64,000 bases of DNA from Myxococcota bacterium (GTDB lineage Bacteria; Myxococcota_A; Polyangia; Nannocystales; Nannocystaceae), in the NCBI GenBank assembly GCA_039028615.1, contig JBCCHT010000010.1, positions 160,001 through 224,000 on the forward strand, in the 5' to 3' direction. Of this stretch, positions 10,392-21,700 are shown one piece after another; the first letter of the stretch is position 1, and each line of letters starts with the position of its first letter. The translations under genes were made by a program, and so were the position numbers. Below the pieces are notes generated by a model that worked only from the letters and a program-made list of their open reading frames with translations, was not told where the DNA came from and ran no database searches.

Positions 10392-11249
10392 TCAGCGGCG
10401 TTCGGCCACCATCAAGCGCTCGGCCGAAAATAGCCGCGCCAGCGTGGCGTTGCCCTCGTGCCGTTGCGCCCACTGCCGGTTGTTGGAGTCGGTTTGCACC
10501 GCGAATCCGTGGCGCCCGAGCATTGCCACGAAGTCACTCGTGGCGATCGCTCCGTGCAGTGGTTCGCCCAACACCGAGAACCCAGCCTCGGTAATCGCGT
10601 CGACGGTTCGTCCGCCGCCCTCGACCAGCTGGGGAATCGCGTAGCTGACGATCAAGCGACTCCCGGGAGCGGAACGTCGAGCCACGTCGGCCAGCGAGGC
10701 TTCGATCGCTTCATGATGAAGGTAGGGCGTCACTCCTTCCCAGATCCACACCGTGGGCTGGTCGGCGTCGTGTCCCGCTTCGGCGAGTTTGTCGGCGACC
10801 GAGTCGCGCTCGAAGTCGACGGCCACGAAGTGAACCGCGGAGGCGAGCCGGTCGCGGGCAGAGGCACGCTGGCGCTTGCCCGCCTGAGTCGCGGGATGAT
10901 CGACCTCGAACACGGTGACCTCGCGCAATGACTCCAGGCGCCACGCCCGACCGTCGAGGCCCGCGCCGAGCACCACCAGCTGCCCGATGCCGTCGGCGAT
11001 CGCCTCGTGCAGCGCGGCATCGATCTCGGCTCGTCGCAGGCTGACGTGATCGACCAGACCGAAGGTCGCCACCCGCAGCGCGGTGCGGACTCCGGTCGGG
11101 GCCTTGCCGTGGCCGACCCAGCGCAGCGCGGGCCCGATCGGGTTGGGCACCAGGTCGGCGGCGCTGTCGTCGATCTCGCCGGGGGCGGTTCCGATGCCGC
11201 GGGCGACGGCCACGGCAAGGGCGGTGAGGCTGGGCCAACCGTCTCGCAT
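10392..11249 (-). CDS. SAM-dependent methyltransferase, leucine-carboxyl-methyltransferase-like (YktD/O-MTase) family
   Basis: [35 protein letters not shown] motifs. Confidence 0.9.
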   Translation of the reverse strand: MRDGWPSLTALAVAVARGIGTAPGEIDDSAADLVPNPIGPALRWVGHGKAPTGVRTALRVATFGLVDHVSLRRAEIDAALHEAIADGIGQLVVLGAGLDGRAWRLESLREVTVFEVDHPATQAGKRQRASARDRLASAVHFVAVDFERDSVADKLAEAGHDADQPTVWIWEGVTPYLHHEAIEASLADVARRSAPGSRLIVSYAIPQLVEGGGRTVDAITEAGFSVLGEPLHGAIATSDFVAMLGRHGFAVQTDSNNRQWAQRHEGNATLARLFSAERLMVAERR

Positions 11250-11300
11250 GGGCTCCAGGGTACCAATCGGCGCCCAGAAAAAAACTCGAGGGGTCCGGCG

Positions 11301-11328
11301 TTGACACGCCCGGGGCCCGCCTTAGGTT
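11301..11328 (+). promoter_or_regulatory. Putative dnaK promoter
   Basis: TTGACA (11301-11306), 16 nt spacer, TAGGTT (11323-11328); no CIRCE inverted repeat seen. Confidence 0.45.
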
Positions 11329-11416
11329 GGCCCTCGTACCGGAACCCAGGGCCCCCCAGACATCATGCGGGAGGGCGGGGGGCTGGTCCCACAACCACCA
11401 GAAGGAAGGCCGTACG

Positions 11417-13321
11417 ATGGCGAAGATCATCGGTATCGACCTGGGCACGACCAACTCCGTCGTCAGTGTGATGGAGAGCGGGGACCCCAAGGTCATCACA
11501 AATGAAGAAGGCGGGCGCACCACGCCCTCGGTCGTTGCGTTCGAGCCCAGCGGCAACGTGCTGGTGGGGCAGCAGGCCCGTCGCCAGGCGATCACCAACC
11601 CCGAGAACACGGTGTTCTCCGCCAAGCGCTTCATCGGGCGCCGCCACGACGAAATCGGCAACGACGCCAAGCGCGTGCCCTATGCCATCGAGCGCAGCAG
11701 CTCGGGCGGGGTGGCGTTCTCCATCCAAGGCAAGGCGCTGGCGCCGGCCGAGATCAGCGCCCGCGTTCTCTCCAAGCTCAAGAAGGCCGCCGAAGACTAT
11801 CTCGGCGAGTCTGTCGAGGCCGCGGTCATCACCGTGCCCGCCTATTTCAACGACGCGCAGCGACAAGCCACCAAGGATGCGGGGCGTATCGCCGGACTGC
11901 GGGTCGACCGTATCGTCAACGAACCGACCGCCGCCGCGCTGGCCTACGCCAGCTCCCGGCCCAAGGGCGAGCAAGAGCGCCTCGTCGCCGTGTATGACCT
12001 CGGCGGCGGCACCTTCGACGTCAGCGTGCTCGAAGTCAGCGGCGACGTGGTCGAGGTGGTCGCGACCGGTGGCGACACCCACCTGGGCGGCGACGACTTC
12101 GACGACCGCGTCATCACGTGGCTCCTGGAGAGCTTCCGCAAAGAACACGGCATGGATCTGTCGGGCGACAAGCTGGTGCTCCAGCGGCTCAAGGACGCGG
12201 CCGAGAAGGCCAAGATCGAGCTTTCGCAGCAGCCCGAGACAGAGGTCAACCTGCCCTTCCTCACCGCCGACGCCACCGGCCCCAAGCACATGCAGGTCAA
12301 GCTGACGCGGGCGAAGTTCGAGGCGCTCATCGCCGACTTGGTCGAGCGCAGCATCGAGCCCTGCCGCAAGGTCCTGGCCGACGCGGGCAAGTCCACCGCC
12401 GACATCGACGACGTATTGCTCGTCGGTGGCTCTACCCGGGTGCCGCTGGTCCAGCAGAAGGTCGAGGCCTTCTTCGGCAAGGCGCCCAGCAAGTCGGTCA
12501 ACCCCGACGAGGTGGTCGCGCTCGGGGCAGCGGTGCAGGGTGGTGTGCTCAGCGGTGACGTGACCGACCTGCTCTTGGTCGACGTGACCCCGCTGTCGCT
12601 CGGCATCGAGACCCTCGGTGGCCTGATGACGGTGCTCATCCCCCGCAACACCACCATCCCCACGCGCAAGTCCGAGGTCTTCACCACGGCGGCCGACAAC
12701 CAGGCCTCCGTGCAGGTGCACGTGCTCCAGGGCGAGCGCAAGATGGCCGGGGACAACCGTACCCTGGCCACCTTCGGGCTCGAGGGCATCATGGCCGCCC
12801 CCCGCGGCACCCCGCAGATCGAGGTCATCTTCGACATCGACGCCAACGGCATCGTGCACGTGTCCGCCAAGGACAAAGCCACGGGCAAGGAGCAGCGGGT
12901 CGAGATCACGGCCGGGTCCGGCCTGTCCGAGTCCGAGATCGAGCGCATGGTCGACGACGCGAAGCAGCACGAAGCCGAGGACGAGAAGCGTCGGCAGGCG
13001 GTCGAGGCTCGCAACGGGCTGGAAGCGCTGGTCCTGCAGACCGAGGCCACGCTGGGCGGCGATGTGAACCTGCCCGGTGAGCTCGAAGCCGAAATCCGTG
13101 CCGCCGTCGACGATGCCAAGCAAGCGCTGGAGTCCGAGGACGCCGGTCGCATCGAGGCCGCGAAAGAGTCGCTGACGGCCGCGTCCCACAAGGCGGCACA
13201 AGCGATGTACGGCCAACCCGGTCAAGGGCAGCCTGGTCCCAGCCAGCCCGACGCCGCCAACCAAGACCCCAACGACGACGAGGAGATCATCGACGCCGAG
13301 TACGAAGAGAAAGCGAGCTGA
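11417..13321 (+). CDS. dnaK: Molecular chaperone DnaK (Hsp70)
   Basis: [62 protein letters not shown]-terminal [19 protein letters not shown] before ATG 11417. Confidence 0.98.
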   Translation: MAKIIGIDLGTTNSVVSVMESGDPKVITNEEGGRTTPSVVAFEPSGNVLVGQQARRQAITNPENTVFSAKRFIGRRHDEIGNDAKRVPYAIERSSSGGVAFSIQGKALAPAEISARVLSKLKKAAEDYLGESVEAAVITVPAYFNDAQRQATKDAGRIAGLRVDRIVNEPTAAALAYASSRPKGEQERLVAVYDLGGGTFDVSVLEVSGDVVEVVATGGDTHLGGDDFDDRVITWLLESFRKEHGMDLSGDKLVLQRLKDAAEKAKIELSQQPETEVNLPFLTADATGPKHMQVKLTRAKFEALIADLVERSIEPCRKVLADAGKSTADIDDVLLVGGSTRVPLVQQKVEAFFGKAPSKSVNPDEVVALGAAVQGGVLSGDVTDLLLVDVTPLSLGIETLGGLMTVLIPRNTTIPTRKSEVFTTAADNQASVQVHVLQGERKMAGDNRTLATFGLEGIMAAPRGTPQIEVIFDIDANGIVHVSAKDKATGKEQRVEITAGSGLSESEIERMVDDAKQHEAEDEKRRQAVEARNGLEALVLQTEATLGGDVNLPGELEAEIRAAVDDAKQALESEDAGRIEAAKESLTAASHKAAQAMYGQPGQGQPGPSQPDAANQDPNDDEEIIDAEYEEKAS

Positions 13322-13374
13322 GTGAGCCGTCGCGGGGCCTTCGTCCCATCCTTCCCCCGGGCCCCGTGATGGCA

Positions 13375-13432
13375 GAGGCGCTCGACCTGGTCCTTGTCCG
13401 AACCAGGTCGCGCGCCTCCTTTTTTTTGTTTT
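13375..13432 (+). terminator. Rho-independent terminator after dnaK
   Basis: Stem GAGGCGC.CGACCTGGT / ACCAGGTCG.GCGCCTC followed by T8-G-T4. Confidence 0.85.
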
Positions 13433-13552
13433 GCGGTCTTCCCGCGGCTGCCTGAAACGGGTGCTGGGAAGCGGTTGGGTCCCGAATTGCGGCCTCGCTG
13501 AGCGATGATGGGGCCGGTGTCGCCCTCGCCCCGAGAAATCTCGAAAAAGTCG

Positions 13553-13581
13553 GGAACCGTCGCGGGTCCATCCGGTGTGTC
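13553..13581 (+). promoter_or_regulatory. Putative ECF-type (autoregulatory) promoter
   Basis: GGAACC (13553-13558), about 16 nt, GTGTGTC, directly upstream of an ECF sigma gene. Confidence 0.45.
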
Positions 13582-13596
13582 CGGGGCGTGGGAGCG

Positions 13597-14223
13597 ATGA
13601 CCGGCGCGGTGCGCATGCAGGGATTGGTCTCGAGCCGATCCCCGGCCGAGCTTCCGCGAGAGGTCATCGAGCGGGCGGCGGCCCGAGATCCGGCCGCGTG
13701 CCGGGCGTTGATCCGTCGCTACCAACGACCGGTGGGGCGGCTTTTGTGGCGCCTGCTCGCGCCGTCGGGGCTCGAGCATCTCACCGAAGACTTGGCCCAG
13801 GAGACCATGGTGCGGGTCTTCGGGGCCCTGCCTCGCTTCGACATCGACGGCCCCGCCACCGTGTCGACGTGGATCTTGAAGATCGCCACGCGGCTGGGGA
13901 TCAACGAGCTGCAGCGGCGGCGTCCGAAGGTCGAGCCGTTGAGCGCCAAGGCGGAGCGGCTCTCGGGAGGGCCCACCGCCGACCACGAGGTGCGGCGCAA
14001 GGCGATCGCGGCTGCGATCAACGACGCGGTGGCCGAGCTGCCGCCCGACTTCCGGGCGGCGTTCTTGCTCCGCGAGTATCACGACCTCGACTACGCCGAG
14101 ATTGCGCAGGTCCTGGAGCTCTCGCCGGGCACGGTGAAGTCGCGGCTGTCGCGAGCCCGGGCTTCGCTGCGAACGTCGCTGGCTCAGCTTCATGCCCAAC
14201 ACCAGGAGTCCGACCATGGATGA
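13597..14223 (+). CDS. ECF sigma-70 factor
   Basis: Region 2 EDLAQETMVRVF...STWILKIATR; region 4 LDYAEIAQVLELSPGTVKSRLSRAR; start uncertain (13588/13597/13615). Confidence 0.93.
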   Translation: MTGAVRMQGLVSSRSPAELPREVIERAAARDPAACRALIRRYQRPVGRLLWRLLAPSGLEHLTEDLAQETMVRVFGALPRFDIDGPATVSTWILKIATRLGINELQRRRPKVEPLSAKAERLSGGPTADHEVRRKAIAAAINDAVAELPPDFRAAFLLREYHDLDYAEIAQVLELSPGTVKSRLSRARASLRTSLAQLHAQHQESDHG

Positions 14224-15403
14224 GCTCGAACCGCGTGATCTCGCCGCCTGGGAGGCGCCGGAGCTGCCCGCCGATTTCGAGGACCGGGTGATGGCACGGC
14301 TGAGCGAAGAGCCGCTGGTCCATGCTGCACCGATGGAGGCGCCGACGCCTGCGTCGTCGAGTCGAGGCTGGGTCGTCGCGGGGGTGGTCACGGCTCTGGC
14401 GGCGGCGTTGCTGCTGATCGTCGGCATGCCCACCCCCGAGGCCACCACCCCCGAGCCCTCGCCGAGACGGGTCGCCGAGGCTCGCACGACGACCATCGTC
14501 GAGCTCGGGCCCGGCGTGCGGGCGGTGGCCCAGCCTGGCGCCACGATCTCTTGGGAGACGAAACCCGAGGGCATCGCGGTGCAACAAGTGGAGGGGCAGG
14601 TCGACTACGAAGTCCAGCCCGGCACCCCCATGCGGGTGCAGACCAAGGCCGGATCCGTCGAGGTCACCGGTACTCGTTTCACCGTGGAGGTTCATGCCAT
14701 GTCCGAAGTCTTCAGTCCCCGAATGCGTACTCTCATCCCCGCCGGCCTCGGCGCGGCGGCGGCCGTCGTCGCGGTGGTCGCCGTGCAGCAAGGCAGCGTC
14801 GAGGCCCGCAACGAGCACGGGGCGGCGCGGATCGAGGCCGGTTCCCACGCCACCATGACCGATCGCACCGCGCCGAAGACCGAGTCGGCGCCCGCCGAGG
14901 CGGTGCCCGTGGCTCAGGCGCCCGTACGCACGCCCAAGGCGTCGGCGCAGGATCGTCGCAAGCACCAGGCGACCCGGGCGAAGATCAAAGCGGCGCTACA
15001 GAAACGGGCCGAGGAAAAAGCCAAGGCCGCGCTCCCGCCCGAAGAGCCTGCGGCCGGTGCCAACGGCGAGGAAACCGAGGATCCGTTCAAGGGCCATCTC
15101 GACAAGGACTACATCCGCGAGGCCGTCCGCGAAGACCTCATCCCCCTGGCGATCGAGTGCTACGACGATGTGCTGCAGGTCGATCCGAAGTTCGGTGGCC
15201 GCCTCGTGCTGGAGTTCGACATCCTCGGTGACGAGGACGTGGGGGGCATCGTCGACGACGTGCAGCCGGGCGAGGGCACGGACCCCATGCCGCCCGATTT
15301 CGTCGAGTGCATGAGCGAGTCGATGATGACGGTGACGATGCCTCCCCCCGAGGGCGGCGGCATCGTGCACGTGACCTATCCGCTGCTCTTCGAGCCGGAG
15401 TAG
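14216..15403 (+). CDS. Membrane anti-sigma factor with FecR-like domain and C-terminal AgmX/PglI(GltJ)-like domain
   Basis: Overlaps the sigma stop; N-terminal PADFEDRVM, TM helix, FecR-like VQTKAGSVEVTGTRFTV, C-terminal IREAVR...ECY...GRLVLEF...VEC...PPPEGGGIVHVTYP. Confidence 0.8.
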   Translation: MDELEPRDLAAWEAPELPADFEDRVMARLSEEPLVHAAPMEAPTPASSSRGWVVAGVVTALAAALLLIVGMPTPEATTPEPSPRRVAEARTTTIVELGPGVRAVAQPGATISWETKPEGIAVQQVEGQVDYEVQPGTPMRVQTKAGSVEVTGTRFTVEVHAMSEVFSPRMRTLIPAGLGAAAAVVAVVAVQQGSVEARNEHGAARIEAGSHATMTDRTAPKTESAPAEAVPVAQAPVRTPKASAQDRRKHQATRAKIKAALQKRAEEKAKAALPPEEPAAGANGEETEDPFKGHLDKDYIREAVREDLIPLAIECYDDVLQVDPKFGGRLVLEFDILGDEDVGGIVDDVQPGEGTDPMPPDFVECMSESMMTVTMPPPEGGGIVHVTYPLLFEPE

Positions 15404-17778
15404 GTGTCTCGCCCCGCGTGCCAGATCGCGTTGGCGCGCTGGCGAACCCGCTGGGCGATGGCGTCGAAGCGGGGCGTGCCCTGCATGGGGCGGAGCACGG
15501 GGCAGTACTCGAGCCAGTCGGCGTCGAGCAGCACGGACTCGTGGTCGGCTTGCTCGAGCATGACGAGGGCCTCGTCGATGGCACCCCGCCAGGCGAGCAG
15601 CTCCACCCCGATCTGCCGCCAGACCGCCCTTAGGCGGGGGCTGCCGGCATTTTCCGCCGACGTGGTCATCAGCTCCGTGGTCTCGGCATGGGGTCGCTCG
15701 AGGTCGAGCGCGCCCACCATGGCCGTGTAGAGTTCGGAGATGTTGCCCCCGCCGAGCGAGGTGTCGGCGAACTGCACCGCGCGGGCGCGTGCGGGATCGT
15801 CGGTCCACAACGACAGCCGGAATTCGAAGATGTCGGCGCCCAAGCGCGGGACGTTGGGGGTCTTGCGGATGCGGGCGAGGGTCGCTTCGTAGCCCTCTTT
15901 GTCTCCCATCAGCGCGTACTGGCGGAGTACGGCGAACACGCCCAGGTTGAGCGAAGGGTCGAGCTCGTGGGCCAGCACGATGTGCTGGATGCCCTCGCGG
16001 GAGCGGCCGGCTTCGCACTGCAGCATGCCGAGATACTCGTGGGCGGCGGCGTAGGTCGGGGCGATCTCGAGGGCCTTGGTCAGCTCGCGGGCGGCGACGA
16101 TGAAGTCACCACGCCCGACGTGCAGTCGCGCCGCGGCCAGGTGGGACTCGGCCAGATCGGGCGCCCGCTCGAGAGCGTCGGCGATCGCGTCCTGGGCTCG
16201 CTGCGCCCAGTGCTCGCCTTCGGGCCGTCGGGAGATGAACCAGCGGCGTACGGTGGCGTCGGCGAGGGCGGCCATGGGCAGGCCGAAGTCGGGGGCGAGA
16301 GCCCGGGCTCGCTCGAACTGCTCGCACGCCGCTTCGAGGTTCTTGCCCGTGGTGTCGGACTCGCGGGCGAGCGCGCGGCCCCGCAGGTAGGCCTCGGTGG
16401 CGTCGGCCGAAGCCACCGCCACGTGCCCCTGGAGGGTGAGCTGCACGCGTAGAGCCTCGGCCACCCGCTTGGCCATGCGGTCTTGGATCTCGAACACGTC
16501 CTCGAGGCGGCCCTCGAAGCGCTCGCTCCAGCGCTGAAACCCGGTGCCCACGTCGACCAGGCGGGCCACGATGCGCACGCGGTTGGGGCTGCGTTGCACC
16601 GTGCCGTCGATGACCGCATCGACGCCGAGGGCCCGGCCCACCGTGCGAGCGTCGCGTTGGTCCTTGAACTGGGCCGTGGCCCCGCTGGCGGAGACCCGCA
16701 GGCCCCGGGTCATGGCGAGCAGGTCGATGAGTTCGTCGCTCAGGGCTTCGGCGAGATAGGCCTCGTCGCTCGGGCCCCGGTACTGGAAAGGCATCACCGC
16801 CAGCGCTCGCTGACCGGGCGAGGTGGAGATGAACGACGAGCTCTCGGCGGTGAGGCTCGCTCCGTCGGGCGGCAGGGTGGTGGAGCCGACGTCGCTGAGG
16901 CTGTGCAGCGACTGAGCGAGGGCGGCCGGGTTGCGAGGGCGTCGCTCGGGGTCTCGCGCCATGCATCGCAGCACGAGCTCGGCGAGGTTGTCGGGCACGT
17001 CCGCGAGCTCGCGAGGGTCGGGGGGCGGCCGGTGCAGCCGCGCCATGGCGACCTCGATGTGGTTGCCGCCCTTCCACGGGGTGTCGCCGGTCAGCATGCG
17101 GAAGAGCATCACGCCCAGCGCATAGAGGTCGGCCCGCGCATCGAAGGCCACGCCCATCACCTGCTCGGGCGCCATATAGGCCGGTGTGCCGGCCATCGAC
17201 CGTCGCCCCTGCGGCCCTTCGTCGTCCGAGTCCCGGGCCGACCACGCCACGCCGAAGTCGGTGATCACCGCTCGGCCGCCCTCGTCGACCAACACGTTGG
17301 CCGGCTTGAGATCGCGGTGGATGACGTCCACGTCGTGGGCCGCCTGCAGGCCCAGGCAGATCTGGCGACCAATGGCGACGACCTCCGAGACGGGGAGCCG
17401 CGGCCGCTGGTCGAGCTTGGTCTGCAGGCTCTCGCCGAGCACGAGCTCCATGGAGATGAAGTGCGCACCCGCGTACTCGCCCAGGTCGAAGGTCCGAGCC
17501 GCGTTGCGATGCGTCACCCGCCGGGCCAGCCGGACCTCGCGTCGAAACCGTTCGAGAGCGCGTTCACTCGGCGTCGCCAGCAGCTTGAGCGCGACCATCT
17601 CGTCGACGACGCGATCGTGCGCCGCGTATACGGTGGCCATGGACCCCCGGCCGATGCGCCGATCGATGCGATAGCGATCCGCGAACAGCTCGCCGAGCGA
17701 GGGCTCCGGTTCGGCCTCGATCGACTCGCTCGTGAGGGTTTCAATCTCGTGGGGTTGGCCCGCCACTGACCGCTTCAT
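15376..17778 (-). CDS. Ser/Thr protein kinase with TolB-like N domain and TPR repeats
   Basis: IGRGSMATVY, VALK, HRDLKPAN, DFG, GTPAYMAPE; ALAVMPF...IDGTVQR...WSERF module followed by TPRs; 28-bp convergent overlap with the anti-sigma gene. Confidence 0.93.
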   Translation of the reverse strand: MKRSVAGQPHEIETLTSESIEAEPEPSLGELFADRYRIDRRIGRGSMATVYAAHDRVVDEMVALKLLATPSERALERFRREVRLARRVTHRNAARTFDLGEYAGAHFISMELVLGESLQTKLDQRPRLPVSEVVAIGRQICLGLQAAHDVDVIHRDLKPANVLVDEGGRAVITDFGVAWSARDSDDEGPQGRRSMAGTPAYMAPEQVMGVAFDARADLYALGVMLFRMLTGDTPWKGGNHIEVAMARLHRPPPDPRELADVPDNLAELVLRCMARDPERRPRNPAALAQSLHSLSDVGSTTLPPDGASLTAESSSFISTSPGQRALAVMPFQYRGPSDEAYLAEALSDELIDLLAMTRGLRVSASGATAQFKDQRDARTVGRALGVDAVIDGTVQRSPNRVRIVARLVDVGTGFQRWSERFEGRLEDVFEIQDRMAKRVAEALRVQLTLQGHVAVASADATEAYLRGRALARESDTTGKNLEAACEQFERARALAPDFGLPMAALADATVRRWFISRRPEGEHWAQRAQDAIADALERAPDLAESHLAAARLHVGRGDFIVAARELTKALEIAPTYAAAHEYLGMLQCEAGRSREGIQHIVLAHELDPSLNLGVFAVLRQYALMGDKEGYEATLARIRKTPNVPRLGADIFEFRLSLWTDDPARARAVQFADTSLGGGNISELYTAMVGALDLERPHAETTELMTTSAENAGSPRLRAVWRQIGVELLAWRGAIDEALVMLEQADHESVLLDADWLEYCPVLRPMQGTPRFDAIAQRVRQRANAIWHAGRDTYSGSKSSG

Positions 17779-17928
17779 CTTACGTGCTTCCGTGACGGGT
17801 CGCTGTGACCGGACTGACCTGCGATTGCGGCCCTGCGGCCCATCGAACGCACCGGTCCCTCGGTGACCCGGGCTGGCCTGTAAGGGAACGGCTTTTTGGG
17901 GGCCCTGCGGTCGCGGAACGGCGGTCGC

Positions 17929-18582
17929 CTACTTCCGTCGCGCCTCTTGCTGCATGCGCTTTTTGGTCGCCGCCCAGCCACAGATCGGGCATTGACTCAG
18001 GTCGTGACCTCGCGCGGGGCAGTACTCGCGACCGAAGTAGATGATCTGGAGGTGGCGGCGGTTCCAGGTGTCGGGCGGGAACAAGCGCTTGAGATCGGCC
18101 TCGGTGCGCGCAACGGTCGATCCGTCCGACAACCGCCAGCGGTCGGCGAGGCGGTGGATGTGCGTGTCCACGGGAAACGAGGGGACCCCGAAGGCCTGGG
18201 ACATCACCACCGAGGCGGTCTTGTGCCCGACTCCGGGCAAGGCCTCGAGGGCCTCGAGGTCGGCCGGCACCACCCCGCCGTGTCGCTCCATCAGCAGGGT
18301 CGCGGTGGCCTTGATGTTCTTGGCCTTGGTGGGGGCGAGGCCGATCTGGCGGATGTGATTGCGGATGGTCTCCACCGACAGAGCGGCCATCGCGGCTGGG
18401 TCGGGGCCGTCCGCAAACAGCTGCGGGGTGACCTCGTTCACCTTCTTGTCGGTGGTCTGGGCGCTCAGCAGGACGGCGATGAGCAGGGTGAAGGGGTCCT
18501 CGTGATCGAGCGGAATGGGTGGCCGCGGATACAGCTCTTCCAGAATTTGCCCGATCTTCTCCGCTCGGTCGGCACGCCGCAT
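17929..18582 (-). CDS. nth: Endonuclease III
   Basis: LLSAQTTDKKVN, HhH LPGVGHKTASVV, PVDTHIHR, C-terminal Cys cluster CPARGHDLSQCPIC. Confidence 0.95.
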   Translation of the reverse strand: MRRADRAEKIGQILEELYPRPPIPLDHEDPFTLLIAVLLSAQTTDKKVNEVTPQLFADGPDPAAMAALSVETIRNHIRQIGLAPTKAKNIKATATLLMERHGGVVPADLEALEALPGVGHKTASVVMSQAFGVPSFPVDTHIHRLADRWRLSDGSTVARTEADLKRLFPPDTWNRRHLQIIYFGREYCPARGHDLSQCPICGWAATKKRMQQEARRK

Positions 18583-18789
18583 TGGGGCTCACCTGCCACA
18601 AAACGGCCCTGACGTCACCTCCCGTCGCCTCCGGGGGGCGGAAAAACGTGCTCGATGGCGCGCGAGGCGGGGTCATGGGATCCCCTCGGGGGCCGGGTTC
18701 GGTATGCTCCAGGGGCGCGTGCCCGCCCTACGACCCCCGAATGCCCCCGCGCTGGGTGCGGCCAGGGCCCCGACCCCCCCGGAGACGCC

Positions 18790-21700
18790 GTGATTTGCTC
18801 GAACTGCCAGGTCGAGAATCCCGACAGGGCGAGATTCTGCTTCAACTGCGGGCATCGGCTGGCGCCACCCGATGCGCCTCCGCCGTCCGAGGAGCGCCCG
18901 TGTCGATCGTGTGGCGCGCTGTTGCCCTTGGAGGCGCGCTTTTGCGGAGAGTGCGGCACGCCCGATCCGCTCGCGGACATTCCCGTGCCCGTGCCCGCGG
19001 CCGCGCCCGCACCTCAACCGGCTGCACCCTCGCCCGCCGTCGCACCTGCGCCCGAACCCGAGCCGAGTGCACCCGCGCCCAGCGAGGCTCCGCCTCCCGC
19101 CGCCGCGGTCGCATACGACGACGAGGAGGAGGAAGAAGAGGTCACGGTGATGCGGTCGACTCTCCACGACGTGGATGAGCTGGCCGCACCCACGGCGCGA
19201 CCGAAGCCGCCGACCGAGCCGGCCAAGGCCGCGACCGCCCGTGCGTTGCAGCGCCGACTCGACGGCGGCCAGCCTTCGCCCGGCGCGTACTCGAAGCAGG
19301 GGCCGTCGCTTCGCGGACGCCGTACGCCCAACGAGGGCACGCCGTCGCGCTCCAGCAAGCCGACGCGACCGTTGGGGTCCAGCGCTCCTCTGCCGGGAGC
19401 GGGGGCTCGACCCGCGAAGGACACTCGGCCCTCGCCGGCCGCCCGAGCGACGCCGGGACCCAAGCCGAGTACCGGTGCGGGGGCGAGCTCCCGAGCGACG
19501 CCGGGAGGGGGCTCGGCTCGGCCCGCGTCGACGCCTTCGCCGTCCAAGGGGTCCGGGCGAGCGTCGCATCGCCCGGGAGGCTACTCGCGACCACGCACCA
19601 CCACCGAGCCGCAGAGCGTGGTCTATGCCACGCCGCGACCCGACGAGGCGGCGGAGCTGCTGTCGTCGCCCGACGGGTGGCCCGACATCACCGATGAGGT
19701 CGCGGAGATCCGCTTCAATGCCATCGAGGGGTTCGACGAGCAGACGCGCCAGCAGGTGTGGAAGCTCGAGGCGAAGTACCCGGGGCATCCCGAGGTGGGC
19801 GCGCTGGTGGCCGAAGTCGCGGCCGAAGACTCGGCCCGAGCCGGGGCCGCGCGAGCCAAGGCCAAGGCCGCCAGCGAAGCGGCCGCCGCAACGGCGCCCG
19901 CCCCCGAAGATCCGTCGTCGGCCGCGGTGCCGACCCCGATCGATGACTCTCCAGCATCGATGCCGTCCGTGGTGTCTAGCCCGAGCGCGCCGCCCTCGTT
20001 GCTGACGCCCGTCGACGGGCCGCCACCCCTGGGCCGCTTCCCCGTGTCGCGGGGCGACGGTGAGGCCCCGGCGGACCTCGGACCCGCGGTGACGGGCCGG
20101 ACCGCGCCGCCGCTGATGCCCGAAGAGGCGGTCACGGGTCGCACGCTGGTGCCGTCGACGGAGCCCGCGGAGTCGATCGAGCCACCGAGCGACTCCGACG
20201 ACACCCCGGTCGGCCTGGAGCTGCCGAGCCTCGTGTCGCGCTCCGCGACCGCGCCCCCGCCGGCCGAGGCCGACGATGAGCTCGAGACCTCCGATGCCCT
20301 GCTCGCCGTCGATGTCGCCGGATTCGATGCGCTCGACGACGAAGACCAACAGACGCCCGCGCCCGTGGGTGTTCCTCCGATCGAAAAGCCGATGATCGAG
20401 GACTCGCGCGTGCTCGGTGGGCCCCTGCTCGAGGATTCGCTGCCGCTCGGGCTCACCCCCATGCGCGAGCCCCCGGTGTCCTACGAGCCCCTGCCCGCGG
20501 TCGAGGAGCCGGGGATCGTCGAGTCTCTCGATCTCGATGCCGCTGGCGACCCGCCGGCCCCCGTGGCGCCTCCCGCCGAGCCGGTGCTCGACTTCGAGGA
20601 CGAAGACGAACTCGATCCCGGCGTGCCGCAATTCAGCGCCGACGAAGATGCCGTGCCGACGGGCGAACCGTTGGCGGCGGAGTCGGGCGAGGTCGAGGAG
20701 ATCGAGGACGTCGAAGAGATCGAGGAGATCGACGAGGTCGAGGAGATCGAGGAAGTCGAAGAGATCGAGGAAGTCGAAGAGGTCCGAGACGCGGACCCGA
20801 TCCCGAACCTGCCGGGCTACGAAGAGGACCTCGACGCGGCCGATCGCACGGTGATGGTGCGGGGCTATCAGCCTCCCGCTCCGTTCGCGGCCGAGCCCCC
20901 GCCGCCCTTTGGTGCTGCTGCGGCCACCCCTGCGCCTGCGCCCGCGGCCGCCGACGAGGACGACGAACTCGGCGGCATGTACCGCACGACGCTGGCTCCG
21001 TCCGGGTCCTCGCGCCCGACCCTGGCGCCCGTGGACGACGACCCCCGCAGCCCCGACGAGCTCGAGACCACCCTGGCGCCCGGTGAGTACACGGCGTCCG
21101 GGCTGTCGTCTCCGACCCTGGCCCCGGGCGATTTCGACGGCGACGACGATGACGAGGAGCCCACCGCCGCCGACTCCGGGAGCCTGGCCAGCGGTGTGCG
21201 GGAGAACTCTCGGCCCGAAGTCGGGATGACGACCCCCGATCGCGAGAGCGACTCGGCCTCGGCTTCCGGCTCGTTCCGAATCTCGGACTTGGGCCTGGAG
21301 GAGATGCCCGACCTCGAGGCGGAGACCTCCTCCGTGCGTCGCATCGACGTCGAGGCCGATGTCGACAGCCAAGAGCTGACCGTCGAAGGCACGGTGGTGG
21401 CACACAACCCGCTGCCGCCCTCACCCTACGGCGGAGGCGAGGCGCCCGTGCCCATCGTGCCGGTCCGGCTGATCATGCTGGGCTCGCGGGGCGAAGTGGT
21501 CACCGAGCGCACCATCGACTCGGGGGCATATATCGACGTGGGACGTCAGCCGGGTGAGCCCTGGTCCAACGATCGCCGCATGGAGACCCTGCACGCTCGG
21601 CTCTTCTCCGCGCCCGGGGGCGTCATCGTCGACGACTTCGGCGCCCCGACGGGGGTCTACACCCAGATCTCCGACATGGTCGCGGTGGAGGACGGCGACG

